Positions 53,289 through 63,081 are shown, numbered from the stretch's first letter. The stretch: DNA of 64,000 nt from an uncultured delta proteobacterium (GCA_963786945.1 CAWBAO010000001.1:65976-129975); one strand, 5' to 3'. The notes: a model not told the origin generated them from the letters alone. Numbers and translations: made by a program.

Positions 53289-54604
53289 GGGCCCACCGCC
53301 GGGGCGGGCGCCGGCGCCGTCTCGCGGAACTGGCGGCGGAGCAGGGTGGCGGTGACCGCGCCCAGCAGGAGGTAGAGCGCGGCGAAGCCGGCCAGCGGGA
53401 CCCAGACGTGGCCGATGGGGGTGACCGCGTCGGCGGTCCGCTGCACGCCCCACACGGTGAAGGGCTGGCGCCCCCACTCGGTGACCAGCCAGCCCGCCTC
53501 GAGGGCCAGGAAGCCGGCCGGGCCGGCGGCGGCCAGGGCGGTGAGGAGCCAGCGCCGGGTCGGCAGGGCGCGCCGGCGCCACCACAGGACGGCGACCACC
53601 AGCCCGAGCCCCGCCAGGCCCGTGCCCAGCGCCACCATGACCTCGAAGGCCAGGTGCACCTTGAGCGGGTCGGGCCAGCGATCGCGCGGGAAGTCGAGGA
53701 GCCCGCGCACCTCCGCGTCCGGGTCGTGGAAGGCGAGCAGCGAGAGGCCGGCGGGGATGTCGATGGACCAGGGCGTGGTGGCGGTGGCCGCGTCCGGCAG
53801 GCCGCCGATCCGCAGCGGCGCCCGCCGCGAGGTCTCGAAGTGCCCCTCCAGCGCGGCCAGCTTGACCGGCTGCGTGACGGCGATGCGCCGGGCCGAGAGG
53901 TCCCCGGAGAGCGGCTGGAGCAGCGCCGCCACCACCGCCAGCGGGAGCGCGGTGGAGAGGGCGGCGCGGTGGAAGGCGTCGGCCGGGGCGCGGCGCAGGT
54001 AGAAGGCGTGCACCCCCACCACGGCGAAGGCGGTGGCGGCGTAGGACGACACCAGCACGTGGAGCACCTGCTCCGCCCACCCCGGCGGGAACATGGCCGC
54101 CACCGGGTCGACGTGGGTGGCCCGCCCCGCCAGCAGGTCGAAGCCGGCCGGGTGGTTCATCCAGGCGTTGGCCAGGGTGACGAAGAAGGCGCTCAGCGCG
54201 CCGGAGAGCGCCACCAGCGCGGCGGCGGCCAGGTGCAGGCGCGGCGAGGCCCGCTCGCGGCCGTAGAGGTAGATGCCGAGGAAGATGGCCTCGGCGAAGA
54301 AGGCGAAGCCCTCGAGCGAGAAGGGCATCCCGATGATGGGGCCGGCGAAGGCCATGAAGCGAGGCCAGAGCAGCCCGAGCTCGAAGGAGATGACCGTGCC
54401 CGAGACCGCCCCGACCGCGAAGAGGATGGAGACCCCCTTGGCCCAGCGGCGGGCCAGCTCCAGGTAGATCGGGTCGCCGGTCCGCCGCCAGCGGAGCTCG
54501 GCCAGGACCATGAGGAGCGGCATGGCCACGCCGACCGCGGCGAAGACGATGTGGAAGGCCAGGCTCAGGCCGAAGAGCCACCGCGCCGCCAGCAGGTTGG
54601 TCAT
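53285..54604 (-). CDS. cydA: cytochrome ubiquinol oxidase subunit I
   Basis: It has R..F..S...H..FA, GTVISFE.G..W and EGF.FF.EA.FLG motifs. At 439 aa it is the short Q-loop type. Confidence 0.93.
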   Translation of the reverse strand: MTNLLAARWLFGLSLAFHIVFAAVGVAMPLLMVLAELRWRRTGDPIYLELARRWAKGVSILFAVGAVSGTVISFELGLLWPRFMAFAGPIIGMPFSLEGFAFFAEAIFLGIYLYGRERASPRLHLAAAALVALSGALSAFFVTLANAWMNHPAGFDLLAGRATHVDPVAAMFPPGWAEQVLHVLVSSYAATAFAVVGVHAFYLRRAPADAFHRAALSTALPLAVVAALLQPLSGDLSARRIAVTQPVKLAALEGHFETSRRAPLRIGGLPDAATATTPWSIDIPAGLSLLAFHDPDAEVRGLLDFPRDRWPDPLKVHLAFEVMVALGTGLAGLGLVVAVLWWRRRALPTRRWLLTALAAAGPAGFLALEAGWLVTEWGRQPFTVWGVQRTADAVTPIGHVWVPLAGFAALYLLLGAVTATLLRRQFRETAPAPAPAVGP

Positions 54605-54631
54605 GTGGCGTCCATCCGGCCCTGGGAGGCG

Positions 54632-55162
54632 CTACGCCGGCGCCGGCCGCCCCAGCCTCATCACGGCGCGCCGCTCGCGGTACTGGCTCCGCACCCAGAG
54701 GTACTCGTCGTTGGTGAGCACCAGCTCCCGGGAGATCTCGCGGATGGACTCCTCCTCCGCCACCGAGATGTCCTCCTCGGCCGCCGAGACGGCGAAGAGG
54801 CTCTGCAGGACGGCGAGCTTCTCCTCGCGCGAGGCGAGGTCGCGCAGCTCCCGGGCGGCCAGGAAGTTCTCGGTGGCGCCGGTGAGCTGGTTCTGCTCCG
54901 CGGCCAGGCGCGCCACGGCGGCCGCCTGCTCCGGCGGCAGCCCGCCCCAGGTGGCCAGCTCGCGCTCCATGCGCGCCAGCTCGGCGTCGCCGACCACGGC
55001 GTCGACGTTGGCCACGCGCGCCAGCAGGAAGGCGAAGAGGGCCAGGTAGCGCGACCGCTCCGGGCCGAGGGGCAGGAGCGGGGCCATCAGCGCCTCGATG
55101 GGATCCAGCTCGCCCGGGCGGCCGCCGTCCGGCGCCAGCCCGAGCCAGGAGAGCAGCGACAT
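54632..55162 (-). CDS. TerB-like (tellurite-resistance-fold) protein
   Basis: The ATG at 55162 gives MSLLSWLG. The helical pattern LA.VA.VD......E...M...L and LF.VSAAEEDIS..EE..IREI resembles TerB/DUF533-type proteins. The upstream 40 codons of the track ORF were rejected. Confidence 0.65.
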   Translation of the reverse strand: MSLLSWLGLAPDGGRPGELDPIEALMAPLLPLGPERSRYLALFAFLLARVANVDAVVGDAELARMERELATWGGLPPEQAAAVARLAAEQNQLTGATENFLAARELRDLASREEKLAVLQSLFAVSAAEEDISVAEEESIREISRELVLTNDEYLWVRSQYRERRAVMRLGRPAPA

Positions 55163-55274
55163 GCGCCTTGGATAACCGCCCGCGGCGCGGCGGTCGAGCG
55201 AAAAGTCCGCGCCCGGCCCTTCGGCGGGGCCCCGGCCGGAGAGCCGGGAGCGGGCCGCCGGGTATGCTCTGCGC

Positions 55275-55802
55275 ATGTCCACCCTCCTCGTCCCCGAGGC
55301 GCCGATCTGGGCGCTGGTCCTCCGCGGTGTCGTCGTCTACCTCGTCCTGGTCGCCGCGCTCCGGCTCTCGGGACGGCGCGAGCTGGCCCAGATGACCAGC
55401 TTCGACCTGGTCCTGCTCCTGCTGGTGTCGAACGCGGTGCAGAACGCGCTCAACGCCGGCGACAACTCGCTGGGCGGCGGCCTGGTGAGCGCCGCCACCC
55501 TGTTCCTCCTCAACCGCGCGGTGGGATACGCCACCTGGCGCTGGCGCTGGTTCGAGCGGCTGGTGCAAGGGCGCCCGCTGCGGCTGGTCTCCGACGGGCG
55601 GGTCCACGCCGAGGCGCTGCGCCGGGAGCAGCTCACGCTGGCGGAGCTCCGATCGGCGCTCCGCAAGCAGGGGATCGCCCACATCGGCGACTGCCAGCGG
55701 GTCGTCCTCGAGCCGGACGGGACGCTGACCGCCATCCGCGTCGGCGTGGAGCCGCGCCCGTTCCCGGAGGTGGCGCACCCGGACCGCTGGCACCGGGCCT
55801 GA
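55275..55802 (+). CDS. DUF421 (YetF)-family membrane protein
   Basis: It has N-terminal TM helices with R..GRRE..Q.T.FD and a C-terminal L..ELR..LR..G domain. Confidence 0.8.
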   Translation: MSTLLVPEAPIWALVLRGVVVYLVLVAALRLSGRRELAQMTSFDLVLLLLVSNAVQNALNAGDNSLGGGLVSAATLFLLNRAVGYATWRWRWFERLVQGRPLRLVSDGRVHAEALRREQLTLAELRSALRKQGIAHIGDCQRVVLEPDGTLTAIRVGVEPRPFPEVAHPDRWHRA

Positions 55803-55826
55803 GCTCGCGTCCCGCCCTCGCTCCGG

Positions 55827-56840
55827 CTAGGCGGGGGCCGCCGTGGCCTCCAGCTCGAAGAGCAGCTGCAGGGCGCGCCGCAGCTCCGGCTCGTTCTCCC
55901 TGAGGTAGTCCGCCAGCCGCCGGTCCGAGAGCTGCTCCACCACGGCCTCGAACTGCCGCGCGAACGTGCGCGAGCCGGGCAGGGGCGCCGTGAGCAGCGA
56001 GAAGAGCCTGCCCGAGGTGCTCAGCAGCCTGGCCAGGCGGCGGGTCTGCTTGAGCAGGTGGTGCCGCCCGTCCATGGAGGCGTAGAGGTCCGCCAGGCTG
56101 TCGTGGCTCGCCAGCGTCCCCAGGAACTCGCGCAGCCGGGGGTGGCGGTCGGCGGCGCGCAGCCAGGCCTGCTCCGGCGCACCCGCCATGTCGTCGAGCC
56201 GCTCGAAGAGCTTCCCCAGCTCGTCGCGGGCGGTGCGCCAGTCGAGCCGGCCCTCCTCCCAGGGCTCGTACACGTGCGTGACGATGGCCTCGGCGGCCAC
56301 CACGCCGCCGGCCAGGTCGATGAGGTAGTGCTGCTTGGTGGTGAGCGTGGAGGCCGTGATCAGGCTGGCCCAGAGCATCAGCGCGTCGCTCTGCTGTCGC
56401 GGCAGGTGGTGCGACAGGGCCAGGGCCAGCAGCATGGAGTGGCCCACGTGGACGCTGGGGAAGGTGTTGGCCGGGGGGTCGGCCTCGTGGAGCGTGCGCC
56501 AGGCCGCCTCCAGCCGCGGGTCGTCGTCGTGGATGGTGGGCCGCGGGTAGGTGGAGGGGAACTTGAGGAAGGAGCGGTAGGAGACCAGCGCGTCGAGGGC
56601 CACGCAGCTCAGCAGGCGCCCGGTGCGGCGCAGGTTGCCGCCGTCGAAGGCGGCCAGGAAGCAGTAGGGGAAGAAGGAGAGGTAGAGCCAGAGCGAGCGG
56701 GGCAGCGGCGGCAGGATCGTGTCCTTCGGCGTGAAGAGCGACACGTTGCGCAGCCGCGAGGCGACTCGGTTCACGGCGAGGTAGGCGAGCGTCTCGACTT
56801 CGAAGAACGCGACCAGCGCCAGCAGCAGCGGATACGTCAT
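55827..56840 (-). CDS. PAP2_C / sphingomyelin-synthase-like membrane phosphotransferase with ~150-aa soluble C-terminal extension
   Basis: This is the tail of ORF 55827..57245 with an ATG at 56840. It is polytopic and carries FPSVHVGHS and TKQHYLIDLAGG (the SGH and HYxxD motifs of the PAP2_C/SMS/IPC-synthase group). Confidence 0.7.
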   Translation of the reverse strand: MTYPLLLALVAFFEVETLAYLAVNRVASRLRNVSLFTPKDTILPPLPRSLWLYLSFFPYCFLAAFDGGNLRRTGRLLSCVALDALVSYRSFLKFPSTYPRPTIHDDDPRLEAAWRTLHEADPPANTFPSVHVGHSMLLALALSHHLPRQQSDALMLWASLITASTLTTKQHYLIDLAGGVVAAEAIVTHVYEPWEEGRLDWRTARDELGKLFERLDDMAGAPEQAWLRAADRHPRLREFLGTLASHDSLADLYASMDGRHHLLKQTRRLARLLSTSGRLFSLLTAPLPGSRTFARQFEAVVEQLSDRRLADYLRENEPELRRALQLLFELEATAAPA

Positions 56841-56973
56841 GTGCGGCCCCCCAGGGCCCGCGGCGCAGCAACCATCCGGGTGCATCATATCTCCCGCCGC
56901 CGCGACAATGTGCCCGGGGCCCAACTGGCTTCGGCACCCAGGGTGGAGGCTATGCTGCGCCGTCGCCGCGCCG

Positions 56974-57750
56974 ATGACCGCCTCCGCCCCCACCTCGGTG
57001 ACGCCGCCCGGCCCGGTCCTCTCGGTCCGCGACCTGCGCCGCACCTTCGGCGCCACCGTGGCCGTGGCCGGCGTGAGCTTCCACGTCGACCGGGGGGAGA
57101 TCGTCGGGCTCCTCGGCCCCAACGGCGCCGGGAAGACCACCACCATCGACATGGTCCTCGGCGTCCTCGCGGCCAGCGCCGGCTCGGTGCGCATCGAGGG
57201 GCTCGACGTCGCCGTCCACCGCGCCGCGGCGCTGGAGCGCACCAACTTCGCCGCGGTCTACGCGCCGCTGCCGGGCAACCTGACCGTGGCCCAGAACCTG
57301 CGCGTCTTCGGCCTCTTCTACGGCGTGCGCGGCCTCGGCGCCCGCATCGAGCGGCTCCTCGACGAGCTCGACCTGCGGCGCTTCCGCGACGTGCGCTGCG
57401 GCGTCCTCTCCTCGGGCGAGCAGACCCGGGTCGGGCTGGCCAAGGCGCTCCTCAACGATCCCCGGCTGCTCCTGCTCGACGAGCCGACGGCGTCGCTCGA
57501 TCCGGCGGCGGCGCGCGACGTCCGGGCCCGCATCCGCGCCCTCGCCCGGCAGGGGACCATGGGCGTGCTCTGGACCTCCCACAACATGCGCGAGGTCGAG
57601 GAGGTCTGCGACCGGGTCCTGTTCCTCGCCAGCGGCCGCATCCTGCTGGAGGGCAACCCTCGCACCCTGCCCGGCGAGCACGGCGTGGCCACCCTCGACG
57701 ACCTCTTCGTGGCCGTGGCCCACCACCCCCTGCAGGCGGAGCCGGGGTGA
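56974..57750 (+). CDS. ABC transporter ATP-binding protein (ABC-2 type exporter)
   Basis: It has GPNGAGKTT, SSGEQTR and LLLDEPTASLD motifs, with an ATG at 56974. Confidence 0.9.
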   Translation: MTASAPTSVTPPGPVLSVRDLRRTFGATVAVAGVSFHVDRGEIVGLLGPNGAGKTTTIDMVLGVLAASAGSVRIEGLDVAVHRAAALERTNFAAVYAPLPGNLTVAQNLRVFGLFYGVRGLGARIERLLDELDLRRFRDVRCGVLSSGEQTRVGLAKALLNDPRLLLLDEPTASLDPAAARDVRARIRALARQGTMGVLWTSHNMREVEEVCDRVLFLASGRILLEGNPRTLPGEHGVATLDDLFVAVAHHPLQAEPG

Positions 57751-58559
57751 TGGGCCCGCGCCCCCGCCGCGTCGGCGCCGTGGTGCTCCGCCAGCTCTAC
57801 CTGCTGCGCGGCAGCCCGGCCCGCGTCCTCCCGCTCTTCGCCTGGGCGGCGGTGGACATCGTGCTGTGGGGCTTCATCACCCGCTACCTCGACACCCTGC
57901 TGGCGCCGCGCCTCGGCCTCGCCACCCTGCTCCTCAGCGCCGTCCTGCTCTGGGACTTCTTCACCCGGGTCATGCACGGCGTGGCCATGGCCTTCCTGGA
58001 GGACGTCTGGTCGCGCAACTTCCTCAACGTCTTCGCCAGCCCCCTCACGGTCTCCGAGTACGTCCTCGGCCTGGTGGCCTCGAGCGTGCTCACCAGCGCC
58101 GTCGGCCTGGCGGTGATGGTCGCCCTGGCCGGCGCCGCCTTCGGCCTCTCCATGCTCGCCTGGGGGGCGGCCCTCGCCCCGTTCCTGCTGGTGCTCTTCC
58201 TCACCGGCATCGCCTTCGGCGTCGCTGCGGCGGCCGTGGTGCTCCGCTTCGGCCCGGCCTCGGAGTGGCTGGTCTGGCCGGTCCCGGCGCTGCTCTCCCC
58301 CTTCGCCGGCGTCTTCTACCCGGTGGCCACGCTCCCCGGCTGGATGCAGGCGGTCGCCCGGCTGCTCCCGCCCTCCTACGTCTTCGAGGGCATGCGCGCG
58401 GTGGTGGCGGGCGGGCCGGTCGACGGGGCCCTGCTCGCCACCGGCGGCGCCCTGGCCATCCTCCTCGTGGTCCTGGCCGCCTGGCTCTTCGCCCGCACCC
58501 ACCGCCACTGCGTCCGCTCCGGCCTGCTGGCGCGCTACAGCGCCGAGACGGTGAGCTGA
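57750..58559 (+). CDS. ABC-2 family transporter permease
   Basis: This is the tail of ORF 56058..58559. It has six hydrophobic helices. The ATG shares one base with the ATPase stop (TGATG). Confidence 0.8.
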   Translation: MGPRPRRVGAVVLRQLYLLRGSPARVLPLFAWAAVDIVLWGFITRYLDTLLAPRLGLATLLLSAVLLWDFFTRVMHGVAMAFLEDVWSRNFLNVFASPLTVSEYVLGLVASSVLTSAVGLAVMVALAGAAFGLSMLAWGAALAPFLLVLFLTGIAFGVAAAAVVLRFGPASEWLVWPVPALLSPFAGVFYPVATLPGWMQAVARLLPPSYVFEGMRAVVAGGPVDGALLATGGALAILLVVLAAWLFARTHRHCVRSGLLARYSAETVS

Positions 58560-58657
58560 TGGCCCGGGCGGGGCGGGCGGGTGCGGCCAGATGCCGCCCC
58601 GCCGCGGGCCGATCCGCCCACCGCATCGGTGGGAGAATCGCGGCGCGAGGTCGTGCC

Positions 58658-59269
58658 ATGGCGACGATGTCCGAGCCGGTGATGACGGTGGCCGAGTCGA
58701 TCCGGAGCCGCCGAGCCATCCGCTCCTACGCCCCCACGCCGGTGGAGCGGGCCACGGTGATGAAGCTGCTCGAGGCCGCGGTGCTCGCCCCCACGGCGGT
58801 CCACGAGGAGCCCTGGAGCTTCCTGGTGATCCAGGATCGGGCCCTGCTCCGCCGCCTCTCCGACCGGGCCAAGGCCATGATGGCGGTGGAGGCCACCGGC
58901 CACGAGCAGGCGCTCGATGCGCCCGCCCGGGCCCGGCAGCGCCGGCGCAAGGACCTGGTGGCCGACCCGGAGTTCAACATCTTCTACGACGCGGGGACGC
59001 TGGTGGCGGTCTGCGCCAGGCCCGTGGGGCAGTTCGTGGTCGCCGACTGCTGGCTGGCCGCCGAGAACCTGATGCTCATGGCCTGCGCCATGGGGCTCGG
59101 CACCTGCCCCATCGGCTTCGCCCTCCCCGTCCTCAACGCGCCGGAGGTCAAGGCGGAGCTCGGCATCCCCGCCGACGTCGAGGCGGTGGCGCCCATCATC
59201 GTCGGGTACCCGAGCGGAAGCCCGCCCCGCGGGCACCGCAGGCCACCCCAGATCAGCGCCTGGCGATGA
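58658..59269 (+). CDS. nitroreductase family protein
   Basis: This is the tail of ORF 57866..59269. It has RRAIRSY....V and A.LAPTA..EPW.F motifs, with an ATG at 58658. Confidence 0.85.
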   Translation: MATMSEPVMTVAESIRSRRAIRSYAPTPVERATVMKLLEAAVLAPTAVHEEPWSFLVIQDRALLRRLSDRAKAMMAVEATGHEQALDAPARARQRRRKDLVADPEFNIFYDAGTLVAVCARPVGQFVVADCWLAAENLMLMACAMGLGTCPIGFALPVLNAPEVKAELGIPADVEAVAPIIVGYPSGSPPRGHRRPPQISAWR

Positions 59270-59282
59270 CCGGCCGTGCCGG

Positions 59283-60689
59283 CTAGACCCGGAGGCGATC
59301 GCCGGGCTTCGGCGCGTGCACCGTCGGGAACCCGCGCCCGGTGAGCAGCCCGGCCAGCACGCGCTGGGCGGGGGGCTCGCCGTGCACCAGGATGACCTGG
59401 CGGAGCCTCCCCCGCTTGCGCACCGCCTCGGCGTACTCGATGAGCCCGGCCTGGTCGGCGTGGGCGGAGAACCCGTCCAGCACCACCACCTCGGCCGCCA
59501 GGGGGTGCATCACGCCGAAGATGCGCACCTCGCTGCGCCGCTCCACCAGCCGGCGCCCCAGGGTGTGCTGGGCCTGGAAGCCGACGATGAGGACGGTGTT
59601 CCTCTCGCTCTCGATGGCGGTGCGCAGGTGGTGCAGGACGCGCCCGGCCTCGCACATCCCGCTGGCGGAGATGACGATGCAGGGCGCCTCGCGGGCGTCG
59701 ATGGCCTTCGACGCCTCGACGTCGGAGACGTACTCCAGCCCCTCGAAGTCGAAGGGGGACTGGCCGCTGCGGAGCAGCTCGAAGGTCTCGTGGTCGTAGC
59801 AGTCGGGGTGGAGCTTGAAGACGTCGGTGAGCTTCACGGTCAGCGGCGAGTCCACGTAGACCGGCATGGCCGGGATCCGGTCGGCCATGCGCAGCCGCTT
59901 CAGCTCGTAGATGATCTCCTGGGCGCGCTCCAGGGCGAAGGACGGGATGATCACCTTGCCGCCGCGGGCGTGGGTGCGCGTCACCGCCTCGGCCAGCGCG
60001 TCCGTGGTCTCGGCGAAGGAGCCGTGGAGCCGATCGCCGTAGGTGCTCTCGGTGAGCAGGGCGTGCACGCCGTCCGGGACCTGCGGGTCGCGCAGGATGG
60101 GCAGGTGCGGCCGCCCCAGGTCGCCGGTGAAGGCCAGCCGCGTGTGCGCCCCGTCGTCCTCGATGTCGAGCACCACCACGGCGCTGCCCAGCACGTGCCC
60201 GGCGTCGAGGAAGGTCAGGGTGACGCCCGGCGCCACCTCGTGCCGGCGCTGGTAGGGCACCGAGACCACCTGCCCGAGCAGCCCGGCCACGTCGTCCTGG
60301 TCGTAGAGCGGCTCGACCGGCTCCAGGTCGAGGTGGTCGCGCTCGATGAGCCGCTGGATGTGCCTGGCGTCGGCCAGCTGGATCCCGGCGGCGTCCTCCA
60401 GCATGGGGATGCACAGGTCGCGCGTGGCCGGGGTGGCGAAGACCGGGCCGCGGTAGCCCCGCCGGTGGAGGATGGGCAGGGCGCCGGAGTGGTCGATGTG
60501 GGCGTGGGAGAGGACCACCGCGTCGAGGGCCTCCACGTCGATGGGCAGGGTCTTGTTGCGCTGCGTGGCCTCTCGGCGGTGCCCCTGGAAGAGCCCGCAG
60601 TCGAGCAGCACGGTGGCGCGCCGGGTGCGCAGCAGGTGCTTGGAGCCGGTGACGGTCTGGGCGGCGCCGATGAACTCGAGCTCGATCAC
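59283..60689 (-). CDS. MBL-fold beta-CASP RNA-metabolising hydrolase
   Basis: This is the tail of ORF 59283..61247. It has HAHIDHSG, the beta-CASP region and C-terminal SAHAD. The GTG at 60689 overlaps the LOG stop (GTGA). Confidence 0.9.
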   Translation of the reverse strand: MIELEFIGAAQTVTGSKHLLRTRRATVLLDCGLFQGHRREATQRNKTLPIDVEALDAVVLSHAHIDHSGALPILHRRGYRGPVFATPATRDLCIPMLEDAAGIQLADARHIQRLIERDHLDLEPVEPLYDQDDVAGLLGQVVSVPYQRRHEVAPGVTLTFLDAGHVLGSAVVVLDIEDDGAHTRLAFTGDLGRPHLPILRDPQVPDGVHALLTESTYGDRLHGSFAETTDALAEAVTRTHARGGKVIIPSFALERAQEIIYELKRLRMADRIPAMPVYVDSPLTVKLTDVFKLHPDCYDHETFELLRSGQSPFDFEGLEYVSDVEASKAIDAREAPCIVISASGMCEAGRVLHHLRTAIESERNTVLIVGFQAQHTLGRRLVERRSEVRIFGVMHPLAAEVVVLDGFSAHADQAGLIEYAEAVRKRGRLRQVILVHGEPPAQRVLAGLLTGRGFPTVHAPKPGDRLRV

Positions 60690-61480
60690 GGGAGCGCCCC
60701 CCCGGGGCCGCCGCGCTGGCCCGGCGTGGCCGAGCGCGCGAAGGCCGGCGTGGTGGCCTCGGGCGGCCCGGCCAGCTCCTGCCTGAGGACGGCCAGCGCC
60801 GCGGCCGGGTCGTCGACGAAGCGGAACAGCCCGAGGTCCTCCGGGGAGATCATGCCGTGGCGCACCAGCGCGTCGAAGTCGATGATCTCGCGCCAGTAGC
60901 CCGACCCGTAGAGCAGGATGACGATGCGGCGATCGAGCTTGTGGGTCTGCGAGAGCATGAGGATCTCCATCAGCTCGTCGAGGGTCCCGAAGCCGCCGGG
61001 GAAGGCCACCACGGCGCGCGCCAGGTGCGCGAACCAGAGCTTGCGCATGAAGAAGTAGTGGAACTCGAAGCAGAGCTCGCGCGTCACCCAGGGGTTGGGG
61101 CGCTGCTCGTGCGGCAGGCCGATGTTGAGGCCGATGGTCCGGCCGGCGGCCTCGGAGGCGCCGCGGTTGGCGGCCTCCATGATCCCGCCGGCGCCGCCCG
61201 AGCAGACGATGAAGCGCTGGGCGCCGGGGGGCAGCGACTTGGACCACTCGGTGCAGAGGCGCGCCAGCTCGCGCGCCTCGGCGTAGTAGCGCCCCATCGG
61301 CCCGTCCTCGCGCAGCCGCGCCGAGCCGAAGAAGACGATGGTGTCGTGGATGCGCTCCCGCTGGAAGCTGCGCAGCGGCTCCAGGTACTCGGCCAGGATG
61401 CGCAGGGGCCGCGCCTCGTCGCTGTCGAGGAAGGCCTGGTCGTGGTAGGCGAGCCTCAGCTGGTTGCCGTGGTTGGCCAT
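60686..61480 (-). CDS. LOG-family (TIGR00730-type) nucleotide phosphoribohydrolase
   Basis: It has GGAGGIMEA and PGGFGTLDE motifs. Confidence 0.9.
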   Translation of the reverse strand: MANHGNQLRLAYHDQAFLDSDEARPLRILAEYLEPLRSFQRERIHDTIVFFGSARLREDGPMGRYYAEARELARLCTEWSKSLPPGAQRFIVCSGGAGGIMEAANRGASEAAGRTIGLNIGLPHEQRPNPWVTRELCFEFHYFFMRKLWFAHLARAVVAFPGGFGTLDELMEILMLSQTHKLDRRIVILLYGSGYWREIIDFDALVRHGMISPEDLGLFRFVDDPAAALAVLRQELAGPPEATTPAFARSATPGQRGGPGGALP

Positions 61481-61555
61481 GCGTCGGCTCCCCTTCCTGC
61501 CGGGCTGGGTCCGGCCAGGACTCCGTGCGGGTGGGCGTGCCGGGCGCGCATCAGG

Positions 61556-62323
61556 TCACCGGTCCCGGCGGATGGGCAGGCTGGCGAGGAACAGGGCGGC
61601 GGCCGCGATGATGATGACCGGCCCCGAGGGCCGCCCGAAGCGCGCCGCCACCGCCTCGCCGGCCAGGGTCGAGACCAGGGCGACGCCGACCGAGATGGCC
61701 AGCATCTCGGTGAGCCCGCGCGCCAGGTGCCGGGCGGTGGCGGCCGGGATGATCACCAGCGAGCCCATCAGCAGCACGCCCAGGTAGCGCAGGCCGAGCG
61801 CCACGGTGAGGGCGAAGGCGCCCAGGAAGAGCAGCTCCAGCCGGGCCACCGGGACGCCCGAGGTGCGGGCCAGGTCGGCGGAGACCGACGAGAGCACCAG
61901 CCGGTGGCGCTCGACGAGGACGAAGGCGGCCACGGCGGCGGCCCCGGCCAGCCCCAGCCCCAGCTCCCAGGCGCCCAGCGTGCCCGCCGTGCCCAGCAGC
62001 GCGTCGACCAGCTCCTCGCCGGTCGCCAGCAGGCTGCCGATGGCCAGCGCCAGGGAGAAGACCACCCCCACCACCGTCTCGGTCGAGATCGCCGTCCGCC
62101 GCTCCAGCCCCCAGATGAGCAGCGTCCCGACGAGGAGCGCGGCCACCGCGCCCACCACCGGGTGGACGTGGAAGGCCAGCGCCAGGCCGATGCCCGGGAG
62201 CGCCACGTGCGAGAGGGCGTCGGAGGCCAGCGACATCCGCCGCATCACCGCGAAGCAGCCCACCAGCCCGGCGGCGGTGGCCATGCCGGCCGACAGCAGG
62301 ATCCCGCTCAGGTGCTCAGGCAT
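61556..62323 (-). CDS. metal (Zn/Mn) ABC transporter permease (ZnuB-like)
   Basis: It is a polytopic ABC-3-type protein (DALSHV.LPGI). Its start overlaps the ATPase stop by 8 nt. Confidence 0.88.
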   Translation of the reverse strand: MPEHLSGILLSAGMATAAGLVGCFAVMRRMSLASDALSHVALPGIGLALAFHVHPVVGAVAALLVGTLLIWGLERRTAISTETVVGVVFSLALAIGSLLATGEELVDALLGTAGTLGAWELGLGLAGAAAVAAFVLVERHRLVLSSVSADLARTSGVPVARLELLFLGAFALTVALGLRYLGVLLMGSLVIIPAATARHLARGLTEMLAISVGVALVSTLAGEAVAARFGRPSGPVIIIAAAALFLASLPIRRDR

Positions 62324-63008
62324 GGCGGTGGAACCTGGCCGGCGCGCCGTAGAGCTGCTCGATGGCCGCGGGCGTCAGCACCTGGGACGGCGGGCCGAAG
62401 CAGGGCCGCTCGCGCGAGAGGCAGAGCACGTTGGTGGCGTGGCGGTAGACCACGCTGAGCTCATGGGAGATGAGCAGGAGCGTGAGCTGGTGGGCCTGCT
62501 GGACCCGGTGGATCATCTCGTAGAGCTGCTCCTGCCCCGGCTCGTCGACGCCGGCGGTCGGCTCGTCGAAGAGGAGGACGCTCGGCCTCCCCATCAGCGC
62601 CACCGCGAGCAGCAGCCGCTGGAACTGCCCCCCGGAGAAGGTCCCGATGGGCTGGCCGGCCTGGGCGGCGGCCAGCCCCACCAGCTCGAGCGCGCGGGCG
62701 GCCTCCAGGCCGCCGGACTGCACCACCGCCGCCTTGGCGGCCAGCAGGTCGCGCCCCGTCACCGGCAGGTTGCGGTCGATGTCGAGCTTCTGCGGCACGT
62801 AGCCGATGCGCGTCCCGGGCGCCCAGCGGACCTGGCCGCCGTGGCGGACCGAGCCGATGAGGGCCCGGAACAGGACGGTCTTGCCGGAGCCGTTCGGGCC
62901 GATGATGGCCAGGGTGCTCCCCCGCGGCACGCCGAAGCCGAGGGATCGGATCACCTGGGTCGGTCCGAAGGCCACCGACAGCTCCGTGACCTCGAGCGCC
63001 AGGTCCAT
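62316..63008 (-). CDS. metal ABC transporter ATP-binding protein (ZnuC-like)
   Basis: The ATG at 63008 gives MDLALEV. It has GPNGSGKT, FSGGQFQR and LLFDEPTAGVD motifs. Confidence 0.9.
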   Translation of the reverse strand: MDLALEVTELSVAFGPTQVIRSLGFGVPRGSTLAIIGPNGSGKTVLFRALIGSVRHGGQVRWAPGTRIGYVPQKLDIDRNLPVTGRDLLAAKAAVVQSGGLEAARALELVGLAAAQAGQPIGTFSGGQFQRLLLAVALMGRPSVLLFDEPTAGVDEPGQEQLYEMIHRVQQAHQLTLLLISHELSVVYRHATNVLCLSRERPCFGPPSQVLTPAAIEQLYGAPARFHRHA

Positions 63009-63081
63009 GCACGCAGCGTACCTCCCCGCCGCGCCGCGGGCACGACGCGCGGCTTCTGGCCGCAGGCCCGCCGGCGCCCGG

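Noticed and set aside
49348-53375. An 890-aa minus-strand ORF (49348..52020) and a 1216-aa plus-strand ORF (49725..53375).
   Set aside because: They are shadow ORFs over the ADH, ALDH, ABM and cydB genes, with low-complexity R/G/A/P sequence. The same reasoning applies to 44798..47098, 44818..~47031, 52284..55793 upstream of 53288, 53408..55903, 19378..21951, 32571..34781 and 12803..14941.
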